DNA of 64,000 nucleotides from a virus (Duplodnaviria > Heunggongvirae > Uroviricota > Caudoviricetes). A program made the translations under genes and the position numbers. The notes under the pieces are model-generated. The model saw only the letters and a list, made by a program, of their open reading frames with translations. It did not search any database and had not been told where the DNA came from. Below, piece after piece: positions 44,541 to 54,027 of the stretch (position 1 is the stretch's first letter; the number at the start of each line of letters is the position of its first letter). The stretch lies in IMG/VR virus record IMGVR_UViG_3300021440_000016; one strand, 5' to 3'.

Positions 44541-46051
44541 TAACCACCAAATTTCTGACCAATCTTATACTTCTGCTTAAGCGCTTCAAGAGCAGCTTTT
44601 TGAGCTTCCGATTGATTATACGCGGAAACGAAAGAATCACGTAACTGGGAGTTTTGCAACGGGTTTACGTTATAAGTTTTTGCTGCTCCGTTGATTGACG
44701 AATTATTAGAGAGGGGGTTATATCCGGGGTTCTCAACCTGAAAACCAAACTCTCCAGATTCACGCATTACTTTTTGCTGTTCTGGACTTAGAGAAGCATA
44801 CCGTTCGGTTAGCTTCTGTGCAATCAATGCATTTTTAGCTGTCCAATTACTTGGATCTCCGCTATAACCTAAAGACTTAGCTAGTAAATCTCTTTCTGCT
44901 CCGCCCATGCTTTGGATGGAGTTAGTAATTGCATTCTGGGCTGCGTTTAGTTGGCTCTGGGCTCCGCCAGACTCCCGCTCATACTCAGCTTTCTGAGCAT
45001 TAACCATTGCGTTAATGCGATCCTTATCCACATTAAACTTATTCTTAGCGAAGGACCCAGCTTTAGTTTCATCACCAAAAGCCTCAGTGCCGCCTAACTT
45101 AGCTAGAGCATTGAGCTTAGCTACCTGATCCTGAGAGGCTACCCCCAAAGCAGTAGCATCTTCGCCCTTAGTAAGATCATTGCTTAAATCTGCGCCGTAA
45201 GTTTCTTGCCCAGCTAGGTCACCAAGGCCGAGAGAATCAAGCTCTTCCTTGGACACCCTACCAGAAGCTAAGTCTTGTTGATACTTAGCAAGATCTTGAT
45301 CCCGTTGCGCGTTAGCCGCTTTAGCCGCATCGGTAAGTTGTTGGGTAAGGGGGTCGCGTTGCCCTGAAATCTGGCTTTCGGTATAGTCTTTTAGGCCCTG
45401 AGCCTTAGCCTGTAGCTCCTGCGCTTGTGCTCCGGCAGCTTGACTAGCAGAATCTAATTGTCCCTGAAGACCTAAGGTAGACTGTCTCGCCTGCCGTAGT
45501 CCTTGCGTTCCAGTTTGACCTAATAGAGCCGAATCTAGTCGAGACTGGCCAGACGTATAGCCTTGGTTTGGCTTCGCTGCAAAACGTTGTAGGAGGGCTA
45601 AACGGCCTCCAGCAGATTGCGTGCTTTGTCCAAGTTGTTGTGCCTGCTGGGTTTGCGCAGCGAGCTGATCGGCATTCTGTAGCCCCTGAGGACCAGCGTA
45701 TTGCCCCGACCGATATTGAGCAAACTTTTGAACATCCGCATCAGCAGCTTTCGTAGGATCTTGTACTAATTGACCAATAGCAGCTCTATTAGCCTCTGTA
45801 TCTAAGTTTGAGGCTTGCGCTTGCTGCTGGAACTGCTGCTGTCCGGCGCCAATAGCTTGACGGGCTTGTTGACCAACCTGCTGAACACCTTGGCCAACTG
45901 TCTGACCTAGCCGATTACCTTGATTAGCTTGTGTAATCCGTCCGATATTCGTATAACCGGAGCCTTGCTGAATGGGCTGTTGGCCCTGAGCTGGCGTTTG
46001 GCCGGGCTGAACTGCTTTAGCTCTGTTATCGGGTTTAATGGTAATAGCCAT
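44540..46051 (-). CDS. Gln-rich virion protein (503 aa)
   Basis: Q/G/A-rich low complexity; preceded by a late motif copy and a GAGGAA RBS. Confidence 0.35.
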   Translation of the reverse strand: MAITIKPDNRAKAVQPGQTPAQGQQPIQQGSGYTNIGRITQANQGNRLGQTVGQGVQQVGQQARQAIGAGQQQFQQQAQASNLDTEANRAAIGQLVQDPTKAADADVQKFAQYRSGQYAGPQGLQNADQLAAQTQQAQQLGQSTQSAGGRLALLQRFAAKPNQGYTSGQSRLDSALLGQTGTQGLRQARQSTLGLQGQLDSASQAAGAQAQELQAKAQGLKDYTESQISGQRDPLTQQLTDAAKAANAQRDQDLAKYQQDLASGRVSKEELDSLGLGDLAGQETYGADLSNDLTKGEDATALGVASQDQVAKLNALAKLGGTEAFGDETKAGSFAKNKFNVDKDRINAMVNAQKAEYERESGGAQSQLNAAQNAITNSIQSMGGAERDLLAKSLGYSGDPSNWTAKNALIAQKLTERYASLSPEQQKVMRESGEFGFQVENPGYNPLSNNSSINGAAKTYNVNPLQNSQLRDSFVSAYNQSEAQKAALEALKQKYKIGQKFGG

Positions 46052-46063
46052 AGTTCCTCAATA

Positions 46064-46077
46064 TTATAGTTGTTAAA
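46064..46077 (-). promoter_or_regulatory. TTAACAACTATAAT late motif copy
   Basis: Exact core. 14 nt upstream of the ATG of 44540..46051. Confidence 0.45.
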
Positions 46078-46085
46078 TCAGTAGC

Positions 46086-46499
46086 TTAAGCTCCAAAAGC
46101 CACGATTTTAAGTCTGTAAGTCTGCTCAGACTGTAACCCAGTAATATTGTTAATTAAAATACCAGTTTGGGTTTGTGTCCATGAAATAAAAATGCCGCTA
46201 GTCGGATACATAGAGGAAGTGGTTTGATTTAGAGCGCTTATAACCACTATCCCGTCTAATCTATTAGAGATATCCATTTGAAACTGGGTAGTAGTTGAAG
46301 GGGTACCCGCCTCGTCTACTTTGACATCAATTTCTTTAACGGTGCAGGCGATATTATCTCGGAGGGTTAATTTCCGATTTAAAGCGTCATAGATGTTCTC
46401 TATTCCGACGTTAATAGATACGGAAAGCTGATCAACAAGAGCTTGAAACTCTTGCTTAAAATCCGTACGTATTAATCGTTTGAATGAGGGTAGACGCAT
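46086..46499 (-). CDS. hypothetical virion protein
   Basis: ORF only. Confidence 0.35.
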   Translation of the reverse strand: MRLPSFKRLIRTDFKQEFQALVDQLSVSINVGIENIYDALNRKLTLRDNIACTVKEIDVKVDEAGTPSTTTQFQMDISNRLDGIVVISALNQTTSSMYPTSGIFISWTQTQTGILINNITGLQSEQTYRLKIVAFGA

Positions 46500-46500
46500 A

Positions 46501-47190
46501 TTACTTAATAAATTTGCCTAGGGCTTTTAGTTTCGTAGCTTTTGAAGCAATGCCAGAAGGAGAAATAAAATCAATAGGATCTATAGCTGGTTCCTCTAGC
46601 GGTTTGTCTTCCGCTTCCAATTCCTTACCTCTCGCTAACATCGCTGGAGATAAGCCCATAGGATTAGGCTCTGCAGCTTGTGCTGGAGAAGCGGTCAAGG
46701 CTTGTTTTGCTTTTTCTGCGGCTAGAGCTTTAATTCCACCGAGTGCGTCGTCTGTAGCTCCCTCAACGAAGCCGCTCTTAGGGCCAGCGTTGATCGGAGC
46801 TTGCTTAGCAGCAGCCATAGCCTCTGCCGTTCGCTCAGCCTGACCTTCTTTACGAGAAATAATATTTGCAAGTTGTTTCATGCGATCGTCTGCATGGCTT
46901 GCACCCTGATTCGCATACTCTTGATAAAGCTGTTTTAGATTACTCACATCCATTTCATGAGTACCTAGGTCACTAATCTTTGGAGGACGAAAGGAGGCAG
47001 AGATGTCCTGACCGGGAATGGCTCTAGGAGAGCGCTTAGCCAGCATTTTTTCTACGTAATCTTCGCCTGCACCAAGAAGTTTGCCTAATGATTGAAGTTT
47101 ACTCATAATATTACCTATAAGCTCTAATAGAATATGATTCGCCAGTGATAGATACCCCTGTAACTCCATACTGTTCTCGCGCGACCGCAT
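46501..47190 (-). CDS. hypothetical protein
   Basis: ORF; its start overlaps the 3' end of the 1550-aa gene. Confidence 0.3.
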   Translation of the reverse strand: MRSRENSMELQGYLSLANHILLELIGNIMSKLQSLGKLLGAGEDYVEKMLAKRSPRAIPGQDISASFRPPKISDLGTHEMDVSNLKQLYQEYANQGASHADDRMKQLANIISRKEGQAERTAEAMAAAKQAPINAGPKSGFVEGATDDALGGIKALAAEKAKQALTASPAQAAEPNPMGLSPAMLARGKELEAEDKPLEEPAIDPIDFISPSGIASKATKLKALGKFIK

Positions 47191-50100
47191 GTTCGAACTG
47201 AATTACTAGATATCTGGCGCGTTGACAAGGACGAGGAACATACGTACGGAATGGAACGGCATGAGAAGCTCCGCCAAAAAAGCCTTCTCCGAATCCTGTA
47301 TAACCAAAAATACCATTACCATCACCATTAAAGGGTATCTCTAATAGCTGAGGTAGTAGGTCGCTGGCCACTCTTACTTTAGCAGAAGTAAAGGCCTTTG
47401 ACAAGAACATAATAGTTAGCTCTCTAAAATGCTTGAAGCTCACAGGATCGCCAAAATGATCAGGGGCGTAGGTAAACCTAGACACAATTGCCTCATAGCT
47501 TTTTAAAGCGCCTACGATGAAGGGAAGTTCAAGATTAAGAGTGACATACCGAGTGGTATAGTTCACATCTACTACTATGGCTTCGATAAGCGTCGTATTC
47601 GTGATGGGAGTGTAATTAGAAAAAGCTGGACCCGCGTCCGCATTTAGCTTACTAATAATCTCATTGTAACAGGTACGCATATCCTCAAAGTTATTATCCA
47701 CAGTCACCCAAGTTCCAGTAGTGCCTACAGAAATCACTGAAACAGGTACACTAAAGGTATCCGCATCAATAACCGTAACTGTTTTTGCTCCATCGATTGA
47801 AGGAGAGGTGTCACTAGAACTGATCTGAATAACTCTACCAGAGATAAGGCCGTGGTTTACCGAAGTAATAACGCAGGGATCGGCCGCTGAGACTCCGGTT
47901 ATAGCTCCACTCTTAGTGCCTATTGAACTAGCAAAATCACTGGCAACAACGTTCGCATCGTTATCTAGTTTAGTGGCTAATGATACTAGCTTGGTTCTCA
48001 TGCTGTCACCGGAAACGGCCTTTAGCGTGGCTTCATAATCATGGTCAGCATTACCCGGATCTAAGTCAAGTTTTTTGAGTAGACTGTTAAAGGAATAAAG
48101 AGTAACCGTTTGCTCTTGAGTAATAACATCTCCGACTGAGATATTGGATACGTCAAGAAGTTTTAAACGGGTCTGGAAATAATTATTGGCTTCTAGCGTG
48201 GCTGCGAACTCGCGATCAGCATAATCTTCGCGTGTAAAGGTCTTACGCTCTTGCTCAATATTATTTATGTCTGACGCTCCGAGATACACCTTATCATCTG
48301 ATAGATTCACTACACCGCAAGTCTTAGATTGATTGAAAGTAGTCCAAGTGTTGGTTAAGTTGCTGTATCTATAAGCGATAGTTGCAAAATTATCTGCAGG
48401 GTTCTTTACGGTGTAAACCGTGTAGGAGTTATCGGAATCATATCCTATGCCCCAAGTAGAAGTTTTGAATCCCGTATATCCTGAAGAAGAAACCTTAAGG
48501 ATTTCAGTGTCAATGGGTCTTGAAATCGTCTGTACTCCGGATTCTGTGATAGTAGAAATTCCTTGAGTAGTCCATGCATAGATGTTATTATTGGCGACAG
48601 ACACGGAATCTGGAGCAACAAGGATACAAGAGCTGTCAAAGAGGGATAGGGTAAAGGGAGCAACTTCCCCTGAGATGCGGTATAATCCGTCTTCTTTTAA
48701 TACGAAAAGAGTGTCGCGTAGAGGGAAGATGCGAAGGATTGCCTTATCCTTAGCGCCAACGTCGAAATAGTTTACAGAAGGCACAGCTTCTGGCTCTTGG
48801 AGCTTTGAGTAAAAAACCCGATTAGGTTTGTCATCATTCTCCGTAACTACAGCAGAGTTTACAGGGATCAGCGCTCCGGTGTTGCCAGAAACGGTTATAT
48901 ACTCTACCACTCGGAACTGAGTGGAGTTTACGTAAGTGATCTGATGATATCCGTCAATAGAAGCTTCGCTGTTAGTGGCAGTGATGATTACTTTATCTAG
49001 ATTACGAAGACCATGAGGGGTAGAGGTGGTTACCAGCATGGTGCTAGGATTGCCAGTACTTATGCTGCTGATGGTCAGAGTTGGAGATAGGTCAGGATTA
49101 AAGGATAGCCCCGTATTGGAGTTATTGCCAACGATATAGAACGCAGGGGTATTTAGCTGCCTCGCCTCGATGTACATCTTTCCGGGCACGTCTGAGGCTC
49201 CAGAAAGATAATAGGCGTATACTCCCTCTGTTCTGTTTTTGTTAATAATCCGGATAAAACTTCTAGAAGTCTCGTCTACGGCTTGAGCAGAAGATACTGC
49301 ATCGGAAAGAAGAACGTCAAGAGCACCCAACTGGGAAGTCGCCACAGAGAAGCCCGTTGTTCCAGCTCCAGTATTTATAGCAGGACCAAAGCCTACGTTA
49401 GTAATTATAATGGAAGAAGTATCCAATTCTACACTAAAGTCATCTAAAGCGCCGACGGCCGTACCCGTAGCAGTAGCTACGGAAGTGGCAGTGGCGTTAG
49501 TTAGAATGTCAACTCTAATCCCCGTCTTGTTAGTTAGAGCGGGATCTGATCCGACACCGCTAACGCGGTACCATACATAGTATTGAGTTTGATCAAACGC
49601 ATTACTTAGGGTAAAATAAGTGCCAGCTAGACTTCCACCCACATCAGCTACAAAATCAACAGTAGAGGTCTGCTGAGTAACCCGCTCGCCAACACCGGCC
49701 GAGGTAGTTGCAAAAGTAAAGGCGGTATCGACATCCGTGGTGGCGATGGTGTAGCCTACGGACATGTTCTCTACCGTAACTACATTACCAGAGACATCCA
49801 CCAAAAAGTCTTGCGGATACTGAGAGAGTTTGTCAGCTAGTTTAGTTGCTACAATAGACGCACCATCATTTGTAGTAAGTTGAACCTCAATTCCAGTTTT
49901 ACCAGCAACAGCGGGATCAACTCCAGCACTTGTTTTAAACCAAACATAATATTCAGTGTCATTATTTGCAGAATTAATATAAAAATATTTACCATCTAGA
50001 CTGTCTGAGACATCCCCGATAGTAGTAATATCGGTAACTTGGGCTACCCCTTTGACGAAAGAGTAAGTATTAAATGAGCCGTCAGCGTTGGTGATGGTTA

Positions 50101-51763
50101 CCTTTGGAGTAGTGCCGGCGTCGTAGTCGCTGATCATGTTAGTAACACCAAGAAGATTGATCAACTTTTTGTGTTTTGTTCTGGTGTTTGCATAAAAAGC
50201 CACATTTTTAAAGACGTTTATATCTTTAGCAAAAGGTGGAATGTCGTTAGATTGGAGTATCCCTTGACCGGACTGAGCGTTAGTGTAGAGATTAGCTCCC
50301 CGGAAAGTATCCGGAGTATTGTCTATGACAACCATTTCGAGAGCAGCAAGCTCCGCAGCCGTGGGGTAGGCCTCATATACTTGCTGCATTTCGTCACCGG
50401 GAGCAACGTCCGTAGAAAGAACCGAGGTGCCAGTGGCAGGAGCTACCGCTGTACGGTAAAGTTGTAGAAAGTAATTGCTATTGACATCTTCTGGGATAGT
50501 GAGAACTAGCTTTACAGAGGAAGAAGTAGTTACGTCTAGAACTGAAATGTACTGAGTCTGCTCAGGAGTAGGAATAATATTTGAATTTTCAGCTTGTAAT
50601 TCAGAAATAATGGAGCTAAGATATGATTGAAGAGCCACTAACTGAGCATTAGTTGCTGGAGTTGAGGGCACTCCGGGCTGGGTGATCGATTTATAACTAT
50701 CGTCATTGATCGAGGCCCCAGTAACGGTAGCTGCTCCACCCGCCGTAGTAGTGAAGGTGATAGTAGTTGAGGTTACAGAGCTTACCGTTTGAACACCGTT
50801 AAGTGAGCCGGTAGCAGAACTAAAGCCTGCCAAAGAGATTTTTTGGCCAGAAACAAAGTAATTACTAGCAGCTCCAGCAGAAAAAGTAACCGTGCAAAGT
50901 CCGGCAGAAATAGAGGCCGACCCAATAGTTAGAGGTGCTCCAGTGCCCGTATCATTGGCAAGAAGTAGATCAGTATCTATCTTTGCTGCAAGAGCCAAAA
51001 GATTTGTACGAAGTTCTACAGCAGAAGCACTTAAAGGGAGTTTAAGCGTAGAAACATAATTGCCGTCGCTGATTAAAGAACCAGAACCAGCTAAGGAGTC
51101 TAGCGCACCAAGAACGGCAATAAAATCCTGCACAAGTAAGGTTTGTAGGGAATTAAAAACTTCAGTTCTCTGGCTAGGAGTTCCTAGGATAAGATTATTA
51201 TTTTTATCCTTGGTAGCCCATACTGCGCGATAAGCCACAGCTGAGTCTTCATCCATAAAACCAGTTTGGTTACCTGCTAGGTACTGCGGAGTGGCCGTAA
51301 AGTCAATAGCTTTAATACCTCCGGCTTGCGTAACAAAACCTGCTGTCGTGGTGAAGTCAGAGGCACTCGTTGCAGAAATCTTTTTAATGCCTTCAGAGGT
51401 AGTGAAGTAGAAGTTACCATTAGCCTCTATGCTTTTAATACGTAGACCTGTTTGAGTTTCTGAAAAAGAGTCTGCGAAGTTCTTAAAGATGGCTAGATTA
51501 GCCTCTGTCGTTTCTCCGCTGTCGTAGGCTAGGGTATTTCCATAGTGAGCAAGAATACGCTGTTTATACACAGCGAGTTGCTTCGCTCTGTCGCCAGAGG
51601 AACCAATTCCAGAGTCATAAACCTTGTATCCACGACGAGATTCCACAATATCGTCACGACGAATGACAACATCGCTAGCTTCAGTCATGCTGCCAGCAGG
51701 AACCTCAATTGGATTTGGGCTAAAGTTAAGACCTAGAGCTTTTAGAGTTGGTCCAGTAGGCAT
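47111..51763 (-). CDS. large virion structural protein (1550 aa; tail/injection component candidate)
   Basis: Long Thr/Ser/Gly-rich beta-type sequence. No polymerase or ATPase motifs. Lies between the fibre genes and the ejection-like proteins. Confidence 0.4.
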   Translation of the reverse strand: MPTGPTLKALGLNFSPNPIEVPAGSMTEASDVVIRRDDIVESRRGYKVYDSGIGSSGDRAKQLAVYKQRILAHYGNTLAYDSGETTEANLAIFKNFADSFSETQTGLRIKSIEANGNFYFTTSEGIKKISATSASDFTTTAGFVTQAGGIKAIDFTATPQYLAGNQTGFMDEDSAVAYRAVWATKDKNNNLILGTPSQRTEVFNSLQTLLVQDFIAVLGALDSLAGSGSLISDGNYVSTLKLPLSASAVELRTNLLALAAKIDTDLLLANDTGTGAPLTIGSASISAGLCTVTFSAGAASNYFVSGQKISLAGFSSATGSLNGVQTVSSVTSTTITFTTTAGGAATVTGASINDDSYKSITQPGVPSTPATNAQLVALQSYLSSIISELQAENSNIIPTPEQTQYISVLDVTTSSSVKLVLTIPEDVNSNYFLQLYRTAVAPATGTSVLSTDVAPGDEMQQVYEAYPTAAELAALEMVVIDNTPDTFRGANLYTNAQSGQGILQSNDIPPFAKDINVFKNVAFYANTRTKHKKLINLLGVTNMISDYDAGTTPKVTITNADGSFNTYSFVKGVAQVTDITTIGDVSDSLDGKYFYINSANNDTEYYVWFKTSAGVDPAVAGKTGIEVQLTTNDGASIVATKLADKLSQYPQDFLVDVSGNVVTVENMSVGYTIATTDVDTAFTFATTSAGVGERVTQQTSTVDFVADVGGSLAGTYFTLSNAFDQTQYYVWYRVSGVGSDPALTNKTGIRVDILTNATATSVATATGTAVGALDDFSVELDTSSIIITNVGFGPAINTGAGTTGFSVATSQLGALDVLLSDAVSSAQAVDETSRSFIRIINKNRTEGVYAYYLSGASDVPGKMYIEARQLNTPAFYIVGNNSNTGLSFNPDLSPTLTISSISTGNPSTMLVTTSTPHGLRNLDKVIITATNSEASIDGYHQITYVNSTQFRVVEYITVSGNTGALIPVNSAVVTENDDKPNRVFYSKLQEPEAVPSVNYFDVGAKDKAILRIFPLRDTLFVLKEDGLYRISGEVAPFTLSLFDSSCILVAPDSVSVANNNIYAWTTQGISTITESGVQTISRPIDTEILKVSSSGYTGFKTSTWGIGYDSDNSYTVYTVKNPADNFATIAYRYSNLTNTWTTFNQSKTCGVVNLSDDKVYLGASDINNIEQERKTFTREDYADREFAATLEANNYFQTRLKLLDVSNISVGDVITQEQTVTLYSFNSLLKKLDLDPGNADHDYEATLKAVSGDSMRTKLVSLATKLDNDANVVASDFASSIGTKSGAITGVSAADPCVITSVNHGLISGRVIQISSSDTSPSIDGAKTVTVIDADTFSVPVSVISVGTTGTWVTVDNNFEDMRTCYNEIISKLNADAGPAFSNYTPITNTTLIEAIVVDVNYTTRYVTLNLELPFIVGALKSYEAIVSRFTYAPDHFGDPVSFKHFRELTIMFLSKAFTSAKVRVASDLLPQLLEIPFNGDGNGIFGYTGFGEGFFGGASHAVPFRTYVPRPCQRARYLVIQFEHAVAREQYGVTGVSITGESYSIRAYR

Positions 51764-52992
51764 TAGAACCTCCTGCGAGTACCGAGGCGACCCCAGCGTA
51801 GTAAAGAGTATTTAGCAGTGATCTTACGAGGTGAACCATCAACTCGGTTATCGAGTAAGGTCCCTTCACTTTTATTGATTTCTTCGATCTTGGCGCTCGA
51901 CATCTGTAGACCAGCAACATCGCCCATGGCGGCTAAAATACGCGCAGCAGCCCTTTCGGCCAACCCGTTGTGTAGTTCGGGCGGAAGCTGAGGGATAATG
52001 CATTCATTAGCAGTACAAACATAATCGCCGACAACTAGATCTTCTGGCACCTCGCTTGCCCGGAAAGAAATAGAGCTACTAGACACGCCGTTAATCGGAA
52101 TAAGCACATCGTAAGTACGAATTTTATGTCCGGGTTTGGTCTGCAAGAAGTCAACATAACTAGACGAGGTAATATTCGAAGGAATACTATTGAATACAAT
52201 CCCTTGAGTAGCTTGAATAGTTAGAGCGGCCGTATTGGAAGAAGTCAAAGTAGTGTCTAGTTCTTGATAGGATACCGTTACGACAGACGTAGAGGGGGAG
52301 CCGTTGTTAGCGGACACTTCTCCGACCGTATTAATGGCTTGAGCTAGGCTGGTAGCCGTGGCAATATCCGATGCGCCAATCTGAAATTGGAGAACAGAAG
52401 GGGAACCGGACACTGCAGTAAAGACGGAGCTACCGACAGTGACGGTATCTCCAGCAACTAGACTAGCGTTATTGACAGTAATGGTCTTTGAGAAGCCAGA
52501 AATAATGGCTGCTCTTTCGTCCTTTACGAGTTGATTCGGACGTAGAAAGAAACAGAAAACAAGGTACCCTGTAGCATCGCCCGAAACGGAAGGGGAAAGC
52601 ACTACATCGTTGTTTTCAATGTAGTATTTATGTACAGCTTGATTAGCCCCAATGCTTCGTTGAAAGAAAGCCTTATCCTCTTCAGTAATTTGAGACATAC
52701 CGAAAAGGTTACCGGAAGAGTCCTGCCAGAACAAATCACGAAGCTTCATCCCGATCGCACGATCAGGAATAGCGTATCGAGACTTATTTGAACGCAGAGG
52801 AACAGTCTTAGTATAAACTAAATACTCTTCGTGATACTGCATTACCGCAGGGATCTGCGAAATAGCCACTTCTTCGTTGACAAAGCGAAGAATGTCGTCT
52901 TCTGTCATCAACGTTTGCGCTATTGGCATCGAAATCTTACGTTTAATAGATTCGATGATGCCGGAACTAGTGAGCCAAGGAGTAGCTGCCAT
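51763..52992 (-). CDS. virion structural protein (409 aa)
   Basis: ORF coupled (ATGA) to the 1550-aa gene. Confidence 0.35.
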   Translation of the reverse strand: MAATPWLTSSGIIESIKRKISMPIAQTLMTEDDILRFVNEEVAISQIPAVMQYHEEYLVYTKTVPLRSNKSRYAIPDRAIGMKLRDLFWQDSSGNLFGMSQITEEDKAFFQRSIGANQAVHKYYIENNDVVLSPSVSGDATGYLVFCFFLRPNQLVKDERAAIISGFSKTITVNNASLVAGDTVTVGSSVFTAVSGSPSVLQFQIGASDIATATSLAQAINTVGEVSANNGSPSTSVVTVSYQELDTTLTSSNTAALTIQATQGIVFNSIPSNITSSSYVDFLQTKPGHKIRTYDVLIPINGVSSSSISFRASEVPEDLVVGDYVCTANECIIPQLPPELHNGLAERAAARILAAMGDVAGLQMSSAKIEEINKSEGTLLDNRVDGSPRKITAKYSLLRWGRLGTRRRF

Positions 52993-53019
52993 AATGATTC
53001 CCCTTTTAATGAGAACTGA

Positions 53020-53511
53020 TTATAGACGCTTCTTAGCCTGCATTCTTTCTTTTAGCTTCATAAGATGAGAAAGCTTCGCGTCTAGTTGGGATTCGTCTAG
53101 ATCTTCGCCTTCTTCCATTGGCTCAATATCGAGACCTTTTGGCTTAATGGCTTCCATTTCTAGACCGTCATGAGACTTCATGGTTTCTCCATGTTCAGCG
53201 GCTTCGTAATCAGGAGATTCCTGTGATTCATGCTCTGGACCTTCTTCATCGCCAGTAGCTTCTTCTTCCTTGCCTTCTTCACGAGCGGTCATCATGTCCT
53301 TGGCCTTCTGTAGACCATCTTCTAGACCTTCTTTGGAGTCTGAAGCGACGGTGACCTTCTTCATGCCATCCTGTAGACGGCCTTTCATCATGTCCTGAGC
53401 CATATCCTTAACATGCTGAAGGACTGACATCTTCGCATCACGCTCGGTATCACCCATTTCAGACTTCTTATCTTTCATCTTCTTAGCAAGAAGCTTGTCA
53501 AATTTTTCCAT
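53020..53511 (-). CDS. highly acidic protein (163 aa)
   Basis: About 35% Asp+Glu; chaperone-, scaffold- or mimic-like composition. Confidence 0.35.
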   Translation of the reverse strand: MEKFDKLLAKKMKDKKSEMGDTERDAKMSVLQHVKDMAQDMMKGRLQDGMKKVTVASDSKEGLEDGLQKAKDMMTAREEGKEEEATGDEEGPEHESQESPDYEAAEHGETMKSHDGLEMEAIKPKGLDIEPMEEGEDLDESQLDAKLSHLMKLKERMQAKKRL

Positions 53512-53524
53512 TGTGTTTCTCCAA

Positions 53525-54010
53525 TTATTTCATTAACATTAGTTTTATCAACATCCCAAGCAAGGCTAGCGCCTGAAATGCTTGGAAAACTGTGGACCAG
53601 CTATTCTCTTTTTCGCGCTCAACGGCTACGGGTTTATAGAGATAGACTGGCTTTTCAATTTCTTTAATTACAATCTTTTCTACTACAGTAGGAACCTCAA
53701 TCTTTTCGATCCTGACAACTTCCTGTGTAACTACAACAGGTTTTTCTATCTCAATGATCTTGGGTTCTATAACAATCTTAGGTACTTCGATTACCTTAAT
53801 TTCCGGAACAGAGGAGCTAGCCTGTTGGTAGACTGGAGCTTCGATTTTAATGTCCTTAATGGCGGTCGTTAGCGCTTCCATGTCCAACTTAGGCTCTATT
53901 ACCAAGCTATCCATACCGACAAGGGTAACACGCTGAGCGTTAGCACCCTCATCATAGGTGTAGCGCACAATCTGGTCACCATCATAATCTGATAAACGCT
54001 TGTCTGCCAT
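53525..54010 (-). CDS. tandem-repeat protein with C-terminal TM helix
   Basis: Repeats EVPKIVIEPKIIEIEKPVVV / IEKIEVPTVVEKIVIKEIEKPV; C-terminal ALALLGMLIKLML. Confidence 0.35.
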   Translation of the reverse strand: MADKRLSDYDGDQIVRYTYDEGANAQRVTLVGMDSLVIEPKLDMEALTTAIKDIKIEAPVYQQASSSVPEIKVIEVPKIVIEPKIIEIEKPVVVTQEVVRIEKIEVPTVVEKIVIKEIEKPVYLYKPVAVEREKENSWSTVFQAFQALALLGMLIKLMLMK

Positions 54011-54011
54011 A

Positions 54012-54027
54012 TAATATAGTTGTTATT
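54012..54027 (-). promoter_or_regulatory. AATAACAACTATATTAT late motif copy
   Basis: Core TAACAACTATA directly abuts the ATG of 53525..54010. Confidence 0.35.

Noticed and set aside
47111-51763. 1550-aa protein as a virion RNA polymerase (N4-like) that could read the late motif
   Set aside because: No polymerase palm motifs (D-x2-GD, YG, etc.) recognisable. Composition is Thr/Ser/Gly-rich and beta-structural, so it is called a structural protein.
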